Shown here: positions 45,894-56,103 of the stretch, in pieces | Numbering within the stretch: the stretch's first letter is position 1 | Layout of the letters: every line of letters begins with the position of its first letter | Assembly: GCA_902563105.1 (NCBI GenBank) | Contig: CACEVU010000001.1 | Coordinates: 221,649-285,648 of the forward strand | Direction: 5' to 3' | Origin: an uncultured SAR86 cluster bacterium | Lineage (GTDB): Bacteria; Pseudomonadota; Gammaproteobacteria; Magnimaribacterales; AG-339-G14 | Length of the DNA: 64,000 nt | The notes under the pieces: model-generated | Database searches by the model: none | What the model was told of the DNA's origin: nothing | Seen by the model: the letters and a program-made list of their open reading frames with translations, nothing else | Program-made: the position numbers and the translations under genes

Positions 45894-47015
45894 ATGGCAA
45901 AAAAACTAGAAGGCGCGGGTTTACGTGGCCAAGTTGCAGGACAAACTTCTCTATCTACAGTTGGAAAAGAGGGCCATGGTTTAACTTATAGAGGATATGC
46001 AATTGAGGATTTGGCAGAAAAAGCAAATTTCGAGGAAGTAGCTTTTTTACTGCTATATGGCCAACTTCCAAATAAGACAGAATTAGCAACTTACCAGAAA
46101 AAGCTTATTTCCAATAGAAAGCTTCCAGATGAGTTAAAGAAAACTCTAGAACTTATTCCAGCCTCTGCTCATCCAATGGATGTCATGAGAACTGGTTGCT
46201 CTGTATTGGGTAATGTGGAGCCTGAAGGCGATTTTTCAAATCAAAATGATATTGCAGACAGAATTTTAGCAATATTGCCTTCAATCATTTGTTATTGGTA
46301 TAGATTTTCTCATGACGGTTTAAGCGTCGATACCGAAACATCTCACGAAACAATCGGCGGACAATTTTTGTCACTTCTTACTGGCAAAGAACCTTCTGAA
46401 GATCATATTCGATGTTTAGATACTTCTTTAATACTTTACGCAGAACATGGCTTCAATGCCTCTACTTTTGCTGCTAGAACTTGCGCTTCTACTCTCTCCG
46501 ATTTACATTCTTGCATTACTGCTGGGATAGGTACTTTACGAGGTCCTTTACATGGCGGTGCAAATGAAGCTGCCATGGAAATGATTGAAAAGTTCTCTTC
46601 TAAAGAGGACGCAAAACAGGGGGTTTTGGATCTTTTAGAAAAGAAAGAAAAAATTATGGGTTTTGGCCATGCAGTCTATTCAAGCGAAGACCCCAGAAAC
46701 AAAGTTATCAAAGAATGGGCAAAAAAATTAAGCGTTCAAGACGGAAATGAGCTGCTTTATCAAGTATCTGAGGAAATAGAAAAAACTATGGCTGAAGAAA
46801 AAAACATGTTTGCAAATACCGACTTTTTTATGGCCTCGGCATATAATTATCTTGGGATTCCAACAAGCATCTTTACTCCTCTTTTCGTAATTGGCAGAAC
46901 CTCTGGTTGGTCTGCAAACGTATTTGAGCAAAGAGCCGATAATAGAATTATTAGACCTAGCGAAGAGTATATTGGCCCCGAAAACGTTGAGTGGGTTGAT
47001 ATTGAAAATAGATAA
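45894..47015 (+). CDS. prpC: 2-methylcitrate synthase
   Basis: 373 aa. It has citrate-synthase motifs LRGPLHGGANE, GFGHAVY and NTDFF. The prpB/prpD context supports the call. Confidence 0.9.
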   Translation: MAKKLEGAGLRGQVAGQTSLSTVGKEGHGLTYRGYAIEDLAEKANFEEVAFLLLYGQLPNKTELATYQKKLISNRKLPDELKKTLELIPASAHPMDVMRTGCSVLGNVEPEGDFSNQNDIADRILAILPSIICYWYRFSHDGLSVDTETSHETIGGQFLSLLTGKEPSEDHIRCLDTSLILYAEHGFNASTFAARTCASTLSDLHSCITAGIGTLRGPLHGGANEAAMEMIEKFSSKEDAKQGVLDLLEKKEKIMGFGHAVYSSEDPRNKVIKEWAKKLSVQDGNELLYQVSEEIEKTMAEEKNMFANTDFFMASAYNYLGIPTSIFTPLFVIGRTSGWSANVFEQRADNRIIRPSEEYIGPENVEWVDIENR

Positions 47016-47033
47016 ACTTAAGCATATATAAAA

Positions 47034-48482
47034 ATGTCTTCAAATGTTGAATCCAACGTTCGTCAAGATTTTGATGAAGTTATTCAGAAAATCATAGAAT
47101 TTGTTTACAACAAAGACATAGACAGTTCCGAAGCATACACTACCGCAAGATATTGCTTGATGGATACAATTGGCTGTGGTCTCTTGGCATTGAATTTCAA
47201 AGATTGCGAAAAGCTTTTAGGTCCTTACGTTAAAGGAACTTCTGTTCCAAACGGAGTAAGAGTTCCCGGCACTAAATATACTTTAGATCCAGTTAAAGGA
47301 GCTTGGGATATTGGAGCAATTATCCGTTGGTTAGACTTTAATGATACTTGGCTAGCAGCAGAGTGGGGACATCCATCTGATAATTTGGGCGGCATACTCT
47401 CAGCTTCAGATTATATGTCACAAAAAAATCTAGCTTCAGGAAAAGACTCATTAAAAATTAAAGACGTTTTAACTGCTATGATCAAAGCTCATGAAATTCA
47501 AGGAGTTTTAGCCTTAGAAAATAGTTTCAATAGAGTTGGTTTAGATCATGTTTTATTAGTCAAAGTTGCCTCAACTGCAGTAATTTCTTTTTTGATGGGG
47601 CTATCTAAAGAACAGGCTTTAGATGCTTTATCGCAGGCATTTGTTGATGGGCAAAGTCTTAGAACCTACAGACATGCTCCTAATGCAGGTCCAAGAAAAT
47701 CCTGGGCAGCAGGTGATGCAACCAGCAGAGCAATGAAATTGGTTTTAATTACCCAAAAAGGACAAATTGGTTATCCAAGTGCAATAACAGCTCCCATATG
47801 GGGTTTTCAAGATGTTTTGTTCAAGGGAAACCCTCTTTCCTTGCCACAGGAATTTGGCAGCTACGTGATGGAAAATGTACTATTCAAAATATCTTTTCCT
47901 GCAGAATTTCATGCTCAAACAGCTGTAGAGGCAGCGGTAAAACTTCATCCTGAAATAATAAGTAGATTAGAGGAAATAGAAAAAATAAACATTACAACTC
48001 ATGAGTCAGCTATCAGAATAATAAGCAAAGAAGGAAAGCTTAATAACCCTGCTGATAGAGATCATTGTATTCAATACATGACAGCAATTGGTCTTCTAAA
48101 AGGAGATTTGGTAGCAGAGGATTATGAAGATAATATTGCCAATGATCCAAGAGTGGATTCTTTAAGAAATAAAATGTTTGTTGAAGAAAATAAAAATTAC
48201 TCTATGGACTATTTAGATCCTGATAAACGATCAATTGCTAATGAATTGCAAATAATTTTTAAAGATGGTTCTTCAACGGAAAAGATCGAAGTAGAGTATC
48301 CAATTGGACATCGAAGAAGAAGAGAAGAGGGTATTCCGGTACTAATCAGTAAATTTGAAAAGAATCTTAAAACACAATTTTCTGCTGGTCGCGTTGAAAA
48401 AATTATGAAAATTTGTGAAGATCAGAACAATTTAGAAAGTCTAAAAGTTACCGACTTCATGGAACTTTTTATAAAAGAATAA
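47034..48482 (+). CDS. prpD: 2-methylcitrate dehydratase
   Basis: 482 aa. It belongs to the MmgE/PrpD family ([25 protein letters not shown]) and follows prpC. Confidence 0.9.
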   Translation: MSSNVESNVRQDFDEVIQKIIEFVYNKDIDSSEAYTTARYCLMDTIGCGLLALNFKDCEKLLGPYVKGTSVPNGVRVPGTKYTLDPVKGAWDIGAIIRWLDFNDTWLAAEWGHPSDNLGGILSASDYMSQKNLASGKDSLKIKDVLTAMIKAHEIQGVLALENSFNRVGLDHVLLVKVASTAVISFLMGLSKEQALDALSQAFVDGQSLRTYRHAPNAGPRKSWAAGDATSRAMKLVLITQKGQIGYPSAITAPIWGFQDVLFKGNPLSLPQEFGSYVMENVLFKISFPAEFHAQTAVEAAVKLHPEIISRLEEIEKINITTHESAIRIISKEGKLNNPADRDHCIQYMTAIGLLKGDLVAEDYEDNIANDPRVDSLRNKMFVEENKNYSMDYLDPDKRSIANELQIIFKDGSSTEKIEVEYPIGHRRRREEGIPVLISKFEKNLKTQFSAGRVEKIMKICEDQNNLESLKVTDFMELFIKE

Positions 48483-48501
48483 ATTTTTTAGGAGAAAAAT
48501 T

Positions 48502-49113
48502 ATGTTAAAACTACACTACGCACCTGCCTCAAGAGCTGAAAGAGTTCTCTGGTTGCTTGAAGAACTTGAGTTATCTTATGAGTTGAATTCAATGCCATTT
48601 CATCCAGAAGCATTAAAATCAGAGGAGCATAGAAAAAGACATCCTCTTGGAAGAATACCGGTTCTTGAAGATGGCGAGGTAAGTATTTATGAGTCAGGAG
48701 CAATAATTGACTATATTCTTGAAAAACATAAAAATGGCGGTTTAAAACCTAGTGTAGATTCTCCAGAATACCCTTACTATCTTCAGTGGTTTCATTTTTG
48801 TGAAGGCATGATTGCCCAACCTATGAATACAATAGTGGTTCATACGATCTTACTTCCTCCTGAAAGGAGAGACGAAACTGTTTTAGGTCAAGCTCAAAGA
48901 CTAGCATCCAAATCCCTCCAGGCTATCGAATTAGCTCTAGAAGGAAAAGAATATCTTATAGGCGATTTCTCAGGGGTTGAATTTATGACAGGACATTGTT
49001 GTACAAAGCTATCAAACTTGGGATGCGTTACCGAAGAGATGCCTAATCTTAAAGGTTATGTTGAACGTATTGAAGCTAGGCCGGCTTTCAAAAAAGCTAT
49101 AGAGACGACCTAA
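48502..49113 (+). CDS. glutathione S-transferase
   Basis: 203 aa. It has KLHYAPASRAERVLWLLEEL...RIPVLEDGEVSIYESGAIIDYIL. AGGAGA lies upstream. Confidence 0.85.
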   Translation: MLKLHYAPASRAERVLWLLEELELSYELNSMPFHPEALKSEEHRKRHPLGRIPVLEDGEVSIYESGAIIDYILEKHKNGGLKPSVDSPEYPYYLQWFHFCEGMIAQPMNTIVVHTILLPPERRDETVLGQAQRLASKSLQAIELALEGKEYLIGDFSGVEFMTGHCCTKLSNLGCVTEEMPNLKGYVERIEARPAFKKAIETT

Positions 49114-51205
49114 AAGGAATCATATATTCTCTTTTAATATTTTTTTGTAAATCTTCTTGTTTGTAGAAGGTAGGTTTGTATTTTTCTTCAACATATAATC
49201 CAAGTTGATCAGAAAAGTGTTTAGAATTTTCATCTTGGGTGGCGCTACCGTACTGATGAATGCTTTTTGATTTTTGATTTCCCTCTTTATCCCAACTTAT
49301 GTGAATATATAGGCCATCTCCACCAACTGCTTTCAAGTCACCGTCTTCCTGATCAAGACCGTATATGGCTCTCAATACATCGGGGCCTCCTTGTACAGGA
49401 ATTTTTTTCTTTCCTCTATACATAAAATTTCTTTCCGACCATTTTGGATTTAATTTTCCATATTTTTCCAAAGTATCCTCTACGCACTTCTTGAAACTTT
49501 CTTCTGATTCAGGAGGAACTTCTCCAGCTTGTTCTGCAAGCCATTCAGGACTCAAAACACAAACTCCAAGCGTTGCGGATTTGTTATCAAAGTTTGTTTT
49601 TAAATCCCAATTTTCAAGGATTGTTTTTCCTTTTTTCAGATTTTCATTATTGAAGTTTTTCTCAAAAATCTCTGAAACATATTTGTATGATCTTGAGTTT
49701 ACTGAGTACGAATTATCAAATTTGAAATCATCAAAATCTTTCTCAGAAATCTTATCTTTTTCCATAAATAATTCTTTAATTCTATAGGCTCGATTTGTCA
49801 TTCTAGTTTGTAGACCTAATGTTTTAGAGAAGTTTTCTTTTTGAAGGTTATCTTTTGGAGCTGAAACTTTAAAAGGATCTTGATTTGTACTAGCAAGCCA
49901 GCCTGAAGAGGGATTTAGTATTTGAGGAATTTCTTCAAACCCAACAAACTCATTCCAAATATATTTAGATCTTGTTCCATCGATAATTCCATTCCATTCT
50001 AATCCTTCTAATCTTTTTGGAGATGAAGAATTATGAAGAAAATATATATTTCCTTTTCTATCAGCATAAATTCCGTTGAAAGAAATGATTGACCTCATAT
50101 TCATTGCATCTATCCATTCTTCAAGATTCGATGCTTTATTTAGTTTGTACCATTGATCAATTTGTTTGATGTCGTTCATTCCAGCAAATCTCAAGGCATA
50201 AGATTTATCTCCTATCTCAAGAACTGGACCATGTTTGGAGTATTTAACTTCTCTTTTTACAGTCCAATTAATTGGGCCAAATATTTTGACAGGAAGTTCA
50301 ATGGTTTCAATTTCTAAATTTAACCAAACATCGTCAAGAAGATATTGATTCTTATTATCAGGATTAATTACCAATTTATAGACATCAGTAAGATCAGGTT
50401 TATTTACAGTAAAACCCCAACCTAAATTTTCATTAAAACCTACAAATATAAAAGGCGAACCAGGGAATAAGCCTCCCATCATGTTTAGGCCTTCCTCGCT
50501 TTTGATGTGAGCTTCATACCAAGCTAAGGGGCCTTCAAGAGGCTGGTGAGAATTAATCATCAGTCTTGTAGAGCCATCTGCGCTTTTACTTGAATTAATT
50601 GCGTAGGCATTCGAACCTATGACCAAATCATCATTTTTAAATAATTGCGAAAAACTTTGATTTGAAGAGCCTTCTAACTTTTCTAAACTTTGTATTGATG
50701 TCACTACGCCAGAAAATAAAAGATTTTGAATTGCAAAACCAGCAACTATGTCTTCAGATGTAAATGGAAAATGTTTTTTATAATTATTGTTAGGGTTTTT
50801 TACCATCCAATAATTCAAACCAAGTGCATAAGCTTCAATTACTTCTCTTACTTTTTCTGTGAGAACCATTTCATATTGCTCTTTAACTCGTTCCCTTATT
50901 TTCAACGCTTTAATAAGATAATCAATCACAGCTCCGCTGGAGCCCTCCTTCAAACCCATTTGTGCTCTATATAAGTACATATTTTCTGCAATATTTTTAA
51001 TATCGTCTTCAGCATGAGCGAAAGCTAGGCCAAAGGCTACATCAGCGTCTCTTTTTCCAGAAACATGGGGAACACCCCAGACATCTCTTGTGATTTTTGC
51101 CTCATACTGACTTGCTTGTGAAATAATTTGATTTTCAAAATTTAATATATTTACTTGGCAGCCAGCCAAAATAATTGAACTTATGAAAAGAAAAAATTTA
51201 TTCAA
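49097..51205 (-). CDS. penicillin acylase-family Ntn hydrolase (possible acyl-homoserine-lactone/lipopeptide acylase), lipoprotein
   Basis: 702 aa. It has the lipobox IILAGC. The candidate autoproteolytic nucleophile is in LVIGSNAYAI. WGVPHV and the AFGLAFAHAEDD region are typical of the family. Confidence 0.85.
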   Translation of the reverse strand: MNKFFLFISSIILAGCQVNILNFENQIISQASQYEAKITRDVWGVPHVSGKRDADVAFGLAFAHAEDDIKNIAENMYLYRAQMGLKEGSSGAVIDYLIKALKIRERVKEQYEMVLTEKVREVIEAYALGLNYWMVKNPNNNYKKHFPFTSEDIVAGFAIQNLLFSGVVTSIQSLEKLEGSSNQSFSQLFKNDDLVIGSNAYAINSSKSADGSTRLMINSHQPLEGPLAWYEAHIKSEEGLNMMGGLFPGSPFIFVGFNENLGWGFTVNKPDLTDVYKLVINPDNKNQYLLDDVWLNLEIETIELPVKIFGPINWTVKREVKYSKHGPVLEIGDKSYALRFAGMNDIKQIDQWYKLNKASNLEEWIDAMNMRSIISFNGIYADRKGNIYFLHNSSSPKRLEGLEWNGIIDGTRSKYIWNEFVGFEEIPQILNPSSGWLASTNQDPFKVSAPKDNLQKENFSKTLGLQTRMTNRAYRIKELFMEKDKISEKDFDDFKFDNSYSVNSRSYKYVSEIFEKNFNNENLKKGKTILENWDLKTNFDNKSATLGVCVLSPEWLAEQAGEVPPESEESFKKCVEDTLEKYGKLNPKWSERNFMYRGKKKIPVQGGPDVLRAIYGLDQEDGDLKAVGGDGLYIHISWDKEGNQKSKSIHQYGSATQDENSKHFSDQLGLYVEEKYKPTFYKQEDLQKNIKREYMIPFRSSL

Positions 51206-51851
51206 AATTTATTCCTACTAAATTGCCGAGCTCTTTAAGAGCCTGATCGCTATCTAAGACCTTTATAGTAGTCATCCCAAGTTCTTTAGCTGGTTTTAGA
51301 TTTATACCAAGGTCATCTAAAAAAATAGTCTTTTTTGGATCGGCTCCTGAAATTTCTAGGGCTTTTAAATAAAATTCAACATCAGGTTTTCTTATCCCTA
51401 ATTCTTTTGATTCAATGATGTAGTCAAAATTGTTCATGATTTTTGTTCTTTCTTCATTGATATCGTCTAAAGCAGATTGATTCTTGTCTCCTGAATTAAA
51501 GTTGTTAGTTAAACAGGCAAGTGTGAAATTCTCTTTCTTTAATTTTTCCAAAGCATTTACCATTTTAGGCCTTATTTCTCCTTGTAAAAGATTTAATATT
51601 TGACCTCCACTAACTTCATACCCAAGAGATTTACTTTCTTTTTTAAAAAGAACATCAAATTCTTCAAGATTAATTTTTGATTGTTCTAGTTGAGCCCATG
51701 CATTTGATTTATGATTGGTGGAGTTCACCTTTCGTATGAAGTCTTTTGGAAGATTATTATTTAATTCAAAGTTGGAAAAAGCTTCAAAAGGGCTTGAAGT
51801 TATAACTCCACCAAAATCCCAAAAAACTGAACTAAATCTTAATTTTTGCAT
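51198..51851 (-). CDS. HAD-IA family hydrolase (epoxide-hydrolase N-terminal phosphatase-like)
   Basis: 217 aa. It has VFWDFGGVI (motif I), LTNN (motif II) and FLDDLGINLKPA (motif III/IV). It overlaps the acylase start by 8 nt. Confidence 0.8.
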   Translation of the reverse strand: MQKLRFSSVFWDFGGVITSSPFEAFSNFELNNNLPKDFIRKVNSTNHKSNAWAQLEQSKINLEEFDVLFKKESKSLGYEVSGGQILNLLQGEIRPKMVNALEKLKKENFTLACLTNNFNSGDKNQSALDDINEERTKIMNNFDYIIESKELGIRKPDVEFYLKALEISGADPKKTIFLDDLGINLKPAKELGMTTIKVLDSDQALKELGNLVGINFE

Positions 51852-51878
51852 CTATTCGAGTAAGGACGATTAATAGCT

Positions 51879-51884
51879 TATAAT
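51879..51884 (+). promoter_or_regulatory. candidate -10 hexamer (TATAAT) for the aroC-led gene string
   Basis: A perfect TATAAT lies 22 nt upstream of the aroC ATG, in the only 55-nt spacer available. The -35 is poor (TTCGAG). AT-rich DNA makes chance matches likely. Confidence 0.3.
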
Positions 51885-51906
51885 CTAATTTTCAAGTTTA
51901 AACGAT

Positions 51907-53004
51907 ATGTCGGGAAATACTATTGGTAAAATCTTTTCTGTGACGACTTTCGGCGAAAGTCATGGCGTAGCTTTGGGCTGTATAGTTGATGGCTGTCCTC
52001 CTGGCCTGCCCATTTCAAAAGAAGAAATTCAAGCAGAGCTAGAATTTAGAAAACCTGGCTCAAATAAATATACCACTCAGCGAAAAGAACCTGATGAAAT
52101 AGAAATTCTTTCAGGAATTTTTGAGGGTAAAACCACTGGAACACCTATTGGGCTTCTTGTAAGAAACAAAGATCAAAAAAGCAAAGACTATAAGAACATA
52201 AAAAATGTTTTTAGACCCTCTCATGCTGACTATGGATACTTTCAAAAATATGGCGTCAGAGATTACAGAGGCGGAGGAAGGTCTTCTGCAAGAGAAACTG
52301 TGATGAGAGTTGCTGCAGGAGCAATTGCAAAAAAATATCTAAAGAAAACTCAAAAGATAGAAATTTTTGGTTTTTTATCTCAAATTGGAGATATTAAAAT
52401 TTCTTCTTTTACAAAAAAAAATATCAAGAATAATCCTTTTTTTTGTCCCGATAAAAAAATTATTCCTGAAATTGAAAATTTAATTAATTCATTAAGAAAG
52501 TCTGGAGATTCTATCGGAGCAAAAATATCTGTAATTGCTAAAAATGTGCCTCCTGGCTTGGGTGAACCGGTATTTGACAAATTAGATGCTGATCTAGCAC
52601 ATGGCTTAATGGGAATAAATGCTGTTAAAGGAGTTGAGATCGGAAGGGGATTTGAAGTTGTATCAATGCGTGGAACCGAAAATAGAGATGAAATATCTCC
52701 CTCTGGCTTTATTTCAAATAATTCTGGCGGTACGACAGGAGGTATTTCTACTGGACAAGATATCGTTGCAAGCATTGCTTTAAAACCAACTTCTAGCATT
52801 ATGTCGTCTGGAAAAACAATCAATAAAACTGGTAGATCTGTAAAAGTACAGACTAAGGGGAGGCATGATCCTTGCGTTGGCCTTAGGGCTACTCCAATAG
52901 CAGAAGCTATGGTAGCTATTACCTTAATGGATCATTTTTTGAGAAACAGAGCACAAAACGCTGAAGTTAAATCAAAGTTAAAGCCAATTAAGTCTAAGAA
53001 ATAA
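51907..53004 (+). CDS. aroC: chorismate synthase
   Basis: 365 aa. It has [15 protein letters not shown] and KGRHDPCV. Confidence 0.97.
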   Translation: MSGNTIGKIFSVTTFGESHGVALGCIVDGCPPGLPISKEEIQAELEFRKPGSNKYTTQRKEPDEIEILSGIFEGKTTGTPIGLLVRNKDQKSKDYKNIKNVFRPSHADYGYFQKYGVRDYRGGGRSSARETVMRVAAGAIAKKYLKKTQKIEIFGFLSQIGDIKISSFTKKNIKNNPFFCPDKKIIPEIENLINSLRKSGDSIGAKISVIAKNVPPGLGEPVFDKLDADLAHGLMGINAVKGVEIGRGFEVVSMRGTENRDEISPSGFISNNSGGTTGGISTGQDIVASIALKPTSSIMSSGKTINKTGRSVKVQTKGRHDPCVGLRATPIAEAMVAITLMDHFLRNRAQNAEVKSKLKPIKSKK

Positions 53005-54407
53005 TGCCCTCTAAAACCTTATACGATAAGTTATGGGAAGCTCATCATGTTGCTAAAAGAGATGATGGTAGCTCTTTGATTTACATTGATAGACATCTGA
53101 TACATGAAGTTACATCTCCTCAAGCATTCCATGGTTTAAGGGAAAGAAACATTGAACCCTGGAGGATTGATTCAATAATTGCCACACCAGATCATAACGT
53201 CCCAACTGAGAATAGGGCTAAAGGTGTTAATGGAATAAGCGACTCCACAAGCAAACTCCAAGTTGTAACCCTTGAAGAAAATGTAAAAAAATATGATTTG
53301 AAGTTTTTTAGTTTAGAAGACGAAAGACAAGGGATTGTTCATGTTATTGGTCCAGAACAAGGACTTACTTTGCCAGGAATGACAATCGTCTGTGGAGATT
53401 CTCATACTTCTACTCACGGGGCATTTGGCGCCTTAGCGATGGGTATCGGAACTAGCGAGGTAGAACATGTTTTAGCAACCCAATGTTTAATTTCTTATAA
53501 ACAAAAAAATATGAGAATAAATGTTGAGGGAGATCTGCCTGAAAGGGTTTCTGCAAAAGATGTGACTATGTTCATAATTGGAGAAATTGGTACAGCTGGG
53601 GGTACTGGCTTTAACATCGAGTATGCTGGAAGCACAATAAGAAACCTATCTATGGAAGGAAGAATGACACTTTGCAATATGTCTATCGAAGCAGGAGCAA
53701 GATCAGGTATGGTTGCTCCAGACATCAAAACTTTTGAATATCTAAAAGAAAGACCATTTTCTCCCTCTGGAAATATTTTGAGGGAAGCAATAGAGAGCTG
53801 GTCTTCTTTGAAGACAGATGATGATGCTTTTTTTGATAAAGAATATAACTTTTCAGCAGAAGACATTCATCCTCAAGTTACCTGGGGAACTTCTCCTGAA
53901 ATGGTTATTTCAATAAAAGATAAAGTTCCTGAACCAAAGGAATCTAAAAATAAAGAAAATTATGAAGATGCATTGTCTTACATGGGCTTAAGACCAGGAA
54001 TAAAAATGACTGATATTACCCTGGATCAGATATTTATTGGTTCATGCACTAATTCAAGAATTGAAGATTTAAGAATTGCTGCAGAAATTCTTAAGGGAAA
54101 TAAAATCTCAAAAAATATTAAGAGGGCTTTGGTAGTGCCGGGTTCAGGCCTGGTAAAAAAACAAGCTGAAGAAGAAGGACTCCATGAGATATTTATAGAC
54201 GCAGGATTCTCTTGGAGAAGTGCAGGTTGTTCAATGTGTCTTGGTATGAACCCAGATCAATTAGACATAGAAGACAGATGTGCTTCTACGTCAAATAGAA
54301 ATTTTGAAGGCCGACAAGGATTTAAAGGTAGGACTCATTTAGTTAGTCCAGCTATGGCAGCAGCTGCAGCAATTCAGGGAAAATTTATTGATGTGAGGGA
54401 AATTTAA
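53004..54407 (+). CDS. leuC: 3-isopropylmalate dehydratase large subunit
   Basis: 467 aa. It has [30 protein letters not shown] and CGMCLG-like CSMCLGMN. Confidence 0.97.
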   Translation: MPSKTLYDKLWEAHHVAKRDDGSSLIYIDRHLIHEVTSPQAFHGLRERNIEPWRIDSIIATPDHNVPTENRAKGVNGISDSTSKLQVVTLEENVKKYDLKFFSLEDERQGIVHVIGPEQGLTLPGMTIVCGDSHTSTHGAFGALAMGIGTSEVEHVLATQCLISYKQKNMRINVEGDLPERVSAKDVTMFIIGEIGTAGGTGFNIEYAGSTIRNLSMEGRMTLCNMSIEAGARSGMVAPDIKTFEYLKERPFSPSGNILREAIESWSSLKTDDDAFFDKEYNFSAEDIHPQVTWGTSPEMVISIKDKVPEPKESKNKENYEDALSYMGLRPGIKMTDITLDQIFIGSCTNSRIEDLRIAAEILKGNKISKNIKRALVVPGSGLVKKQAEEEGLHEIFIDAGFSWRSAGCSMCLGMNPDQLDIEDRCASTSNRNFEGRQGFKGRTHLVSPAMAAAAAIQGKFIDVREI

Positions 54408-55045
54408 TGAAGCAAATATCAAATGAATTTTCTGGAGTTTTTGTATGCTTAGATAAGTCTAATGTAGATACCGATCAAATAATTCCAAAACAGTTTTTGA
54501 AATCTATAAAAAAAACAGGGTTTGGAGAAAATCTATTTGATGGTTGGAGATATATAGATGAAGGAAGTTTAGAAAAGAATAAATCCGAAAGAAAAATAAA
54601 AAAAGATTTTATTTTAAATAATGAGTTTTTTATCAACTCGAATATTTTAGTATCTAGAGAAAACTTTGGTTGTGGTTCAAGTCGAGAGCATGCAGTTTGG
54701 GCTTTGAAAGATTTTGGCATTAAAACAGTAATAGCAGAATCTTTTGCAGATATTTTTTTCAACAACTGCTTTAAAAATGGACTTTTAGCTTTGACTTTAA
54801 AGAAAAATGAAATTTCAAAAATTTTTAATTCTTTTGATGAAGGATCTCCACAAAGTTTAGAAATAGACTTAATTAATCAGAAATTATATTTTGGAGTTCA
54901 AGGAATAAGTTTCGACATAGATGATTACAAAAAAAACTGTCTATTGGATGGATTAGATGAGGTAGGAGCTTCGCTCAAATTTAGCGATCAAATTAGATCT
55001 TTCGAAAAAACATACAAAAAAAATAATCCTTGGTTGTTTAAGTGA
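54407..55045 (+). CDS. leuD: 3-isopropylmalate dehydratase small subunit
   Basis: 212 aa. It has NVDTDQIIPKQFLK and NFGCGSSREHAVWAL. Confidence 0.95.
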   Translation: MKQISNEFSGVFVCLDKSNVDTDQIIPKQFLKSIKKTGFGENLFDGWRYIDEGSLEKNKSERKIKKDFILNNEFFINSNILVSRENFGCGSSREHAVWALKDFGIKTVIAESFADIFFNNCFKNGLLALTLKKNEISKIFNSFDEGSPQSLEIDLINQKLYFGVQGISFDIDDYKKNCLLDGLDEVGASLKFSDQIRSFEKTYKKNNPWLFK

Positions 55046-56103
55046 AATCTTCAAAAAAAATATTAATTTTGCCTGGCGATGGAGTTGGTCCGGAAGTCTG
55101 TAAAGAAGCTTTAAAGGTTATGAACTCATTATCAAACCTTCCTTTTGAATTAGATTTTGAAATTGATCTCATTGGCGGAGCCTCAATTGATAAATTTAAA
55201 ACACCTCTATCTCCTGAGGTACTAGAAAAAGCAAAAATTTCTGACTCAATTCTCTTAGGAGCCGTTGGTGGAAAAAAATGGGATTCATTAATTCCTTCAG
55301 AAAGACCTGAAAAAGGTTTGCTAGAATTGCGGTCAAAATTAAATTTTTTTGCAAATTTAAGACCAGCCATTACTTTTGAGGAAGTTATACATTCTTCATC
55401 CCTCAAAGAATCAAAGATAAAAGGTTTGGATATTTTAATTGTAAGAGAGCTTACAAGTGGAATTTACTTTGGCGAACCAAGAAAAAAAGATAATGATTTT
55501 GCTTTAAATACCATGTCTTACTCTGCAAAAGAGATTGAGCGTATTATTGATGTTGCCTTTCAAAGTGCTATGGAGAGAAATAAAAGACTTTGCTCGGTAG
55601 ATAAAGCTAATGTTTTAGAGGTGTCCCAACTCTGGAGAGAGATAGTGGATAAAAAGTCATCATCTTACCCCGAAGTTGAGGTTGAACACATGCTTGTAGA
55701 TAATGCCGCAATGCAACTTGTAAGAGAACCAAAACAATTTGACGTAATAGTCTCATCAAATCTGTTTGGCGATATACTGTCAGATATTTCTGCAATGTTA
55801 ACTGGTTCTATTGGAATGTTACCATCCGCATCTCTTAATGAAAGTTTAAAGGGTCTTTATGAACCAGTTCATGGCTCTGCTCCAGATATTGCAGGCAAGG
55901 GAAAAGTGAATCCAATTGCAACTATTTTGTCATTAGCTATGCTCATGAAATATTCTTTTGGAGAACCAGACATTTCAGACAAAATAAATAATGCCGTAAA
56001 AAAAGTACTTTCTGAAGGATTTGCCACAGAAGATATTGCCAAAAAAGATTCAATAATAATTTCAACATCTGAAATGGGGGACAAGATTTCAAACTATGTC
56101 TAA
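55042..56103 (+). CDS. leuB: 3-isopropylmalate dehydrogenase
   Basis: 353 aa with a GTG start overlapping the leuD stop (GTGA). It has LPGDGVGPEV, NLFGDILSD and GSAPDIAGKG. Confidence 0.95.
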   Translation: MKSSKKILILPGDGVGPEVCKEALKVMNSLSNLPFELDFEIDLIGGASIDKFKTPLSPEVLEKAKISDSILLGAVGGKKWDSLIPSERPEKGLLELRSKLNFFANLRPAITFEEVIHSSSLKESKIKGLDILIVRELTSGIYFGEPRKKDNDFALNTMSYSAKEIERIIDVAFQSAMERNKRLCSVDKANVLEVSQLWREIVDKKSSSYPEVEVEHMLVDNAAMQLVREPKQFDVIVSSNLFGDILSDISAMLTGSIGMLPSASLNESLKGLYEPVHGSAPDIAGKGKVNPIATILSLAMLMKYSFGEPDISDKINNAVKKVLSEGFATEDIAKKDSIIISTSEMGDKISNYV

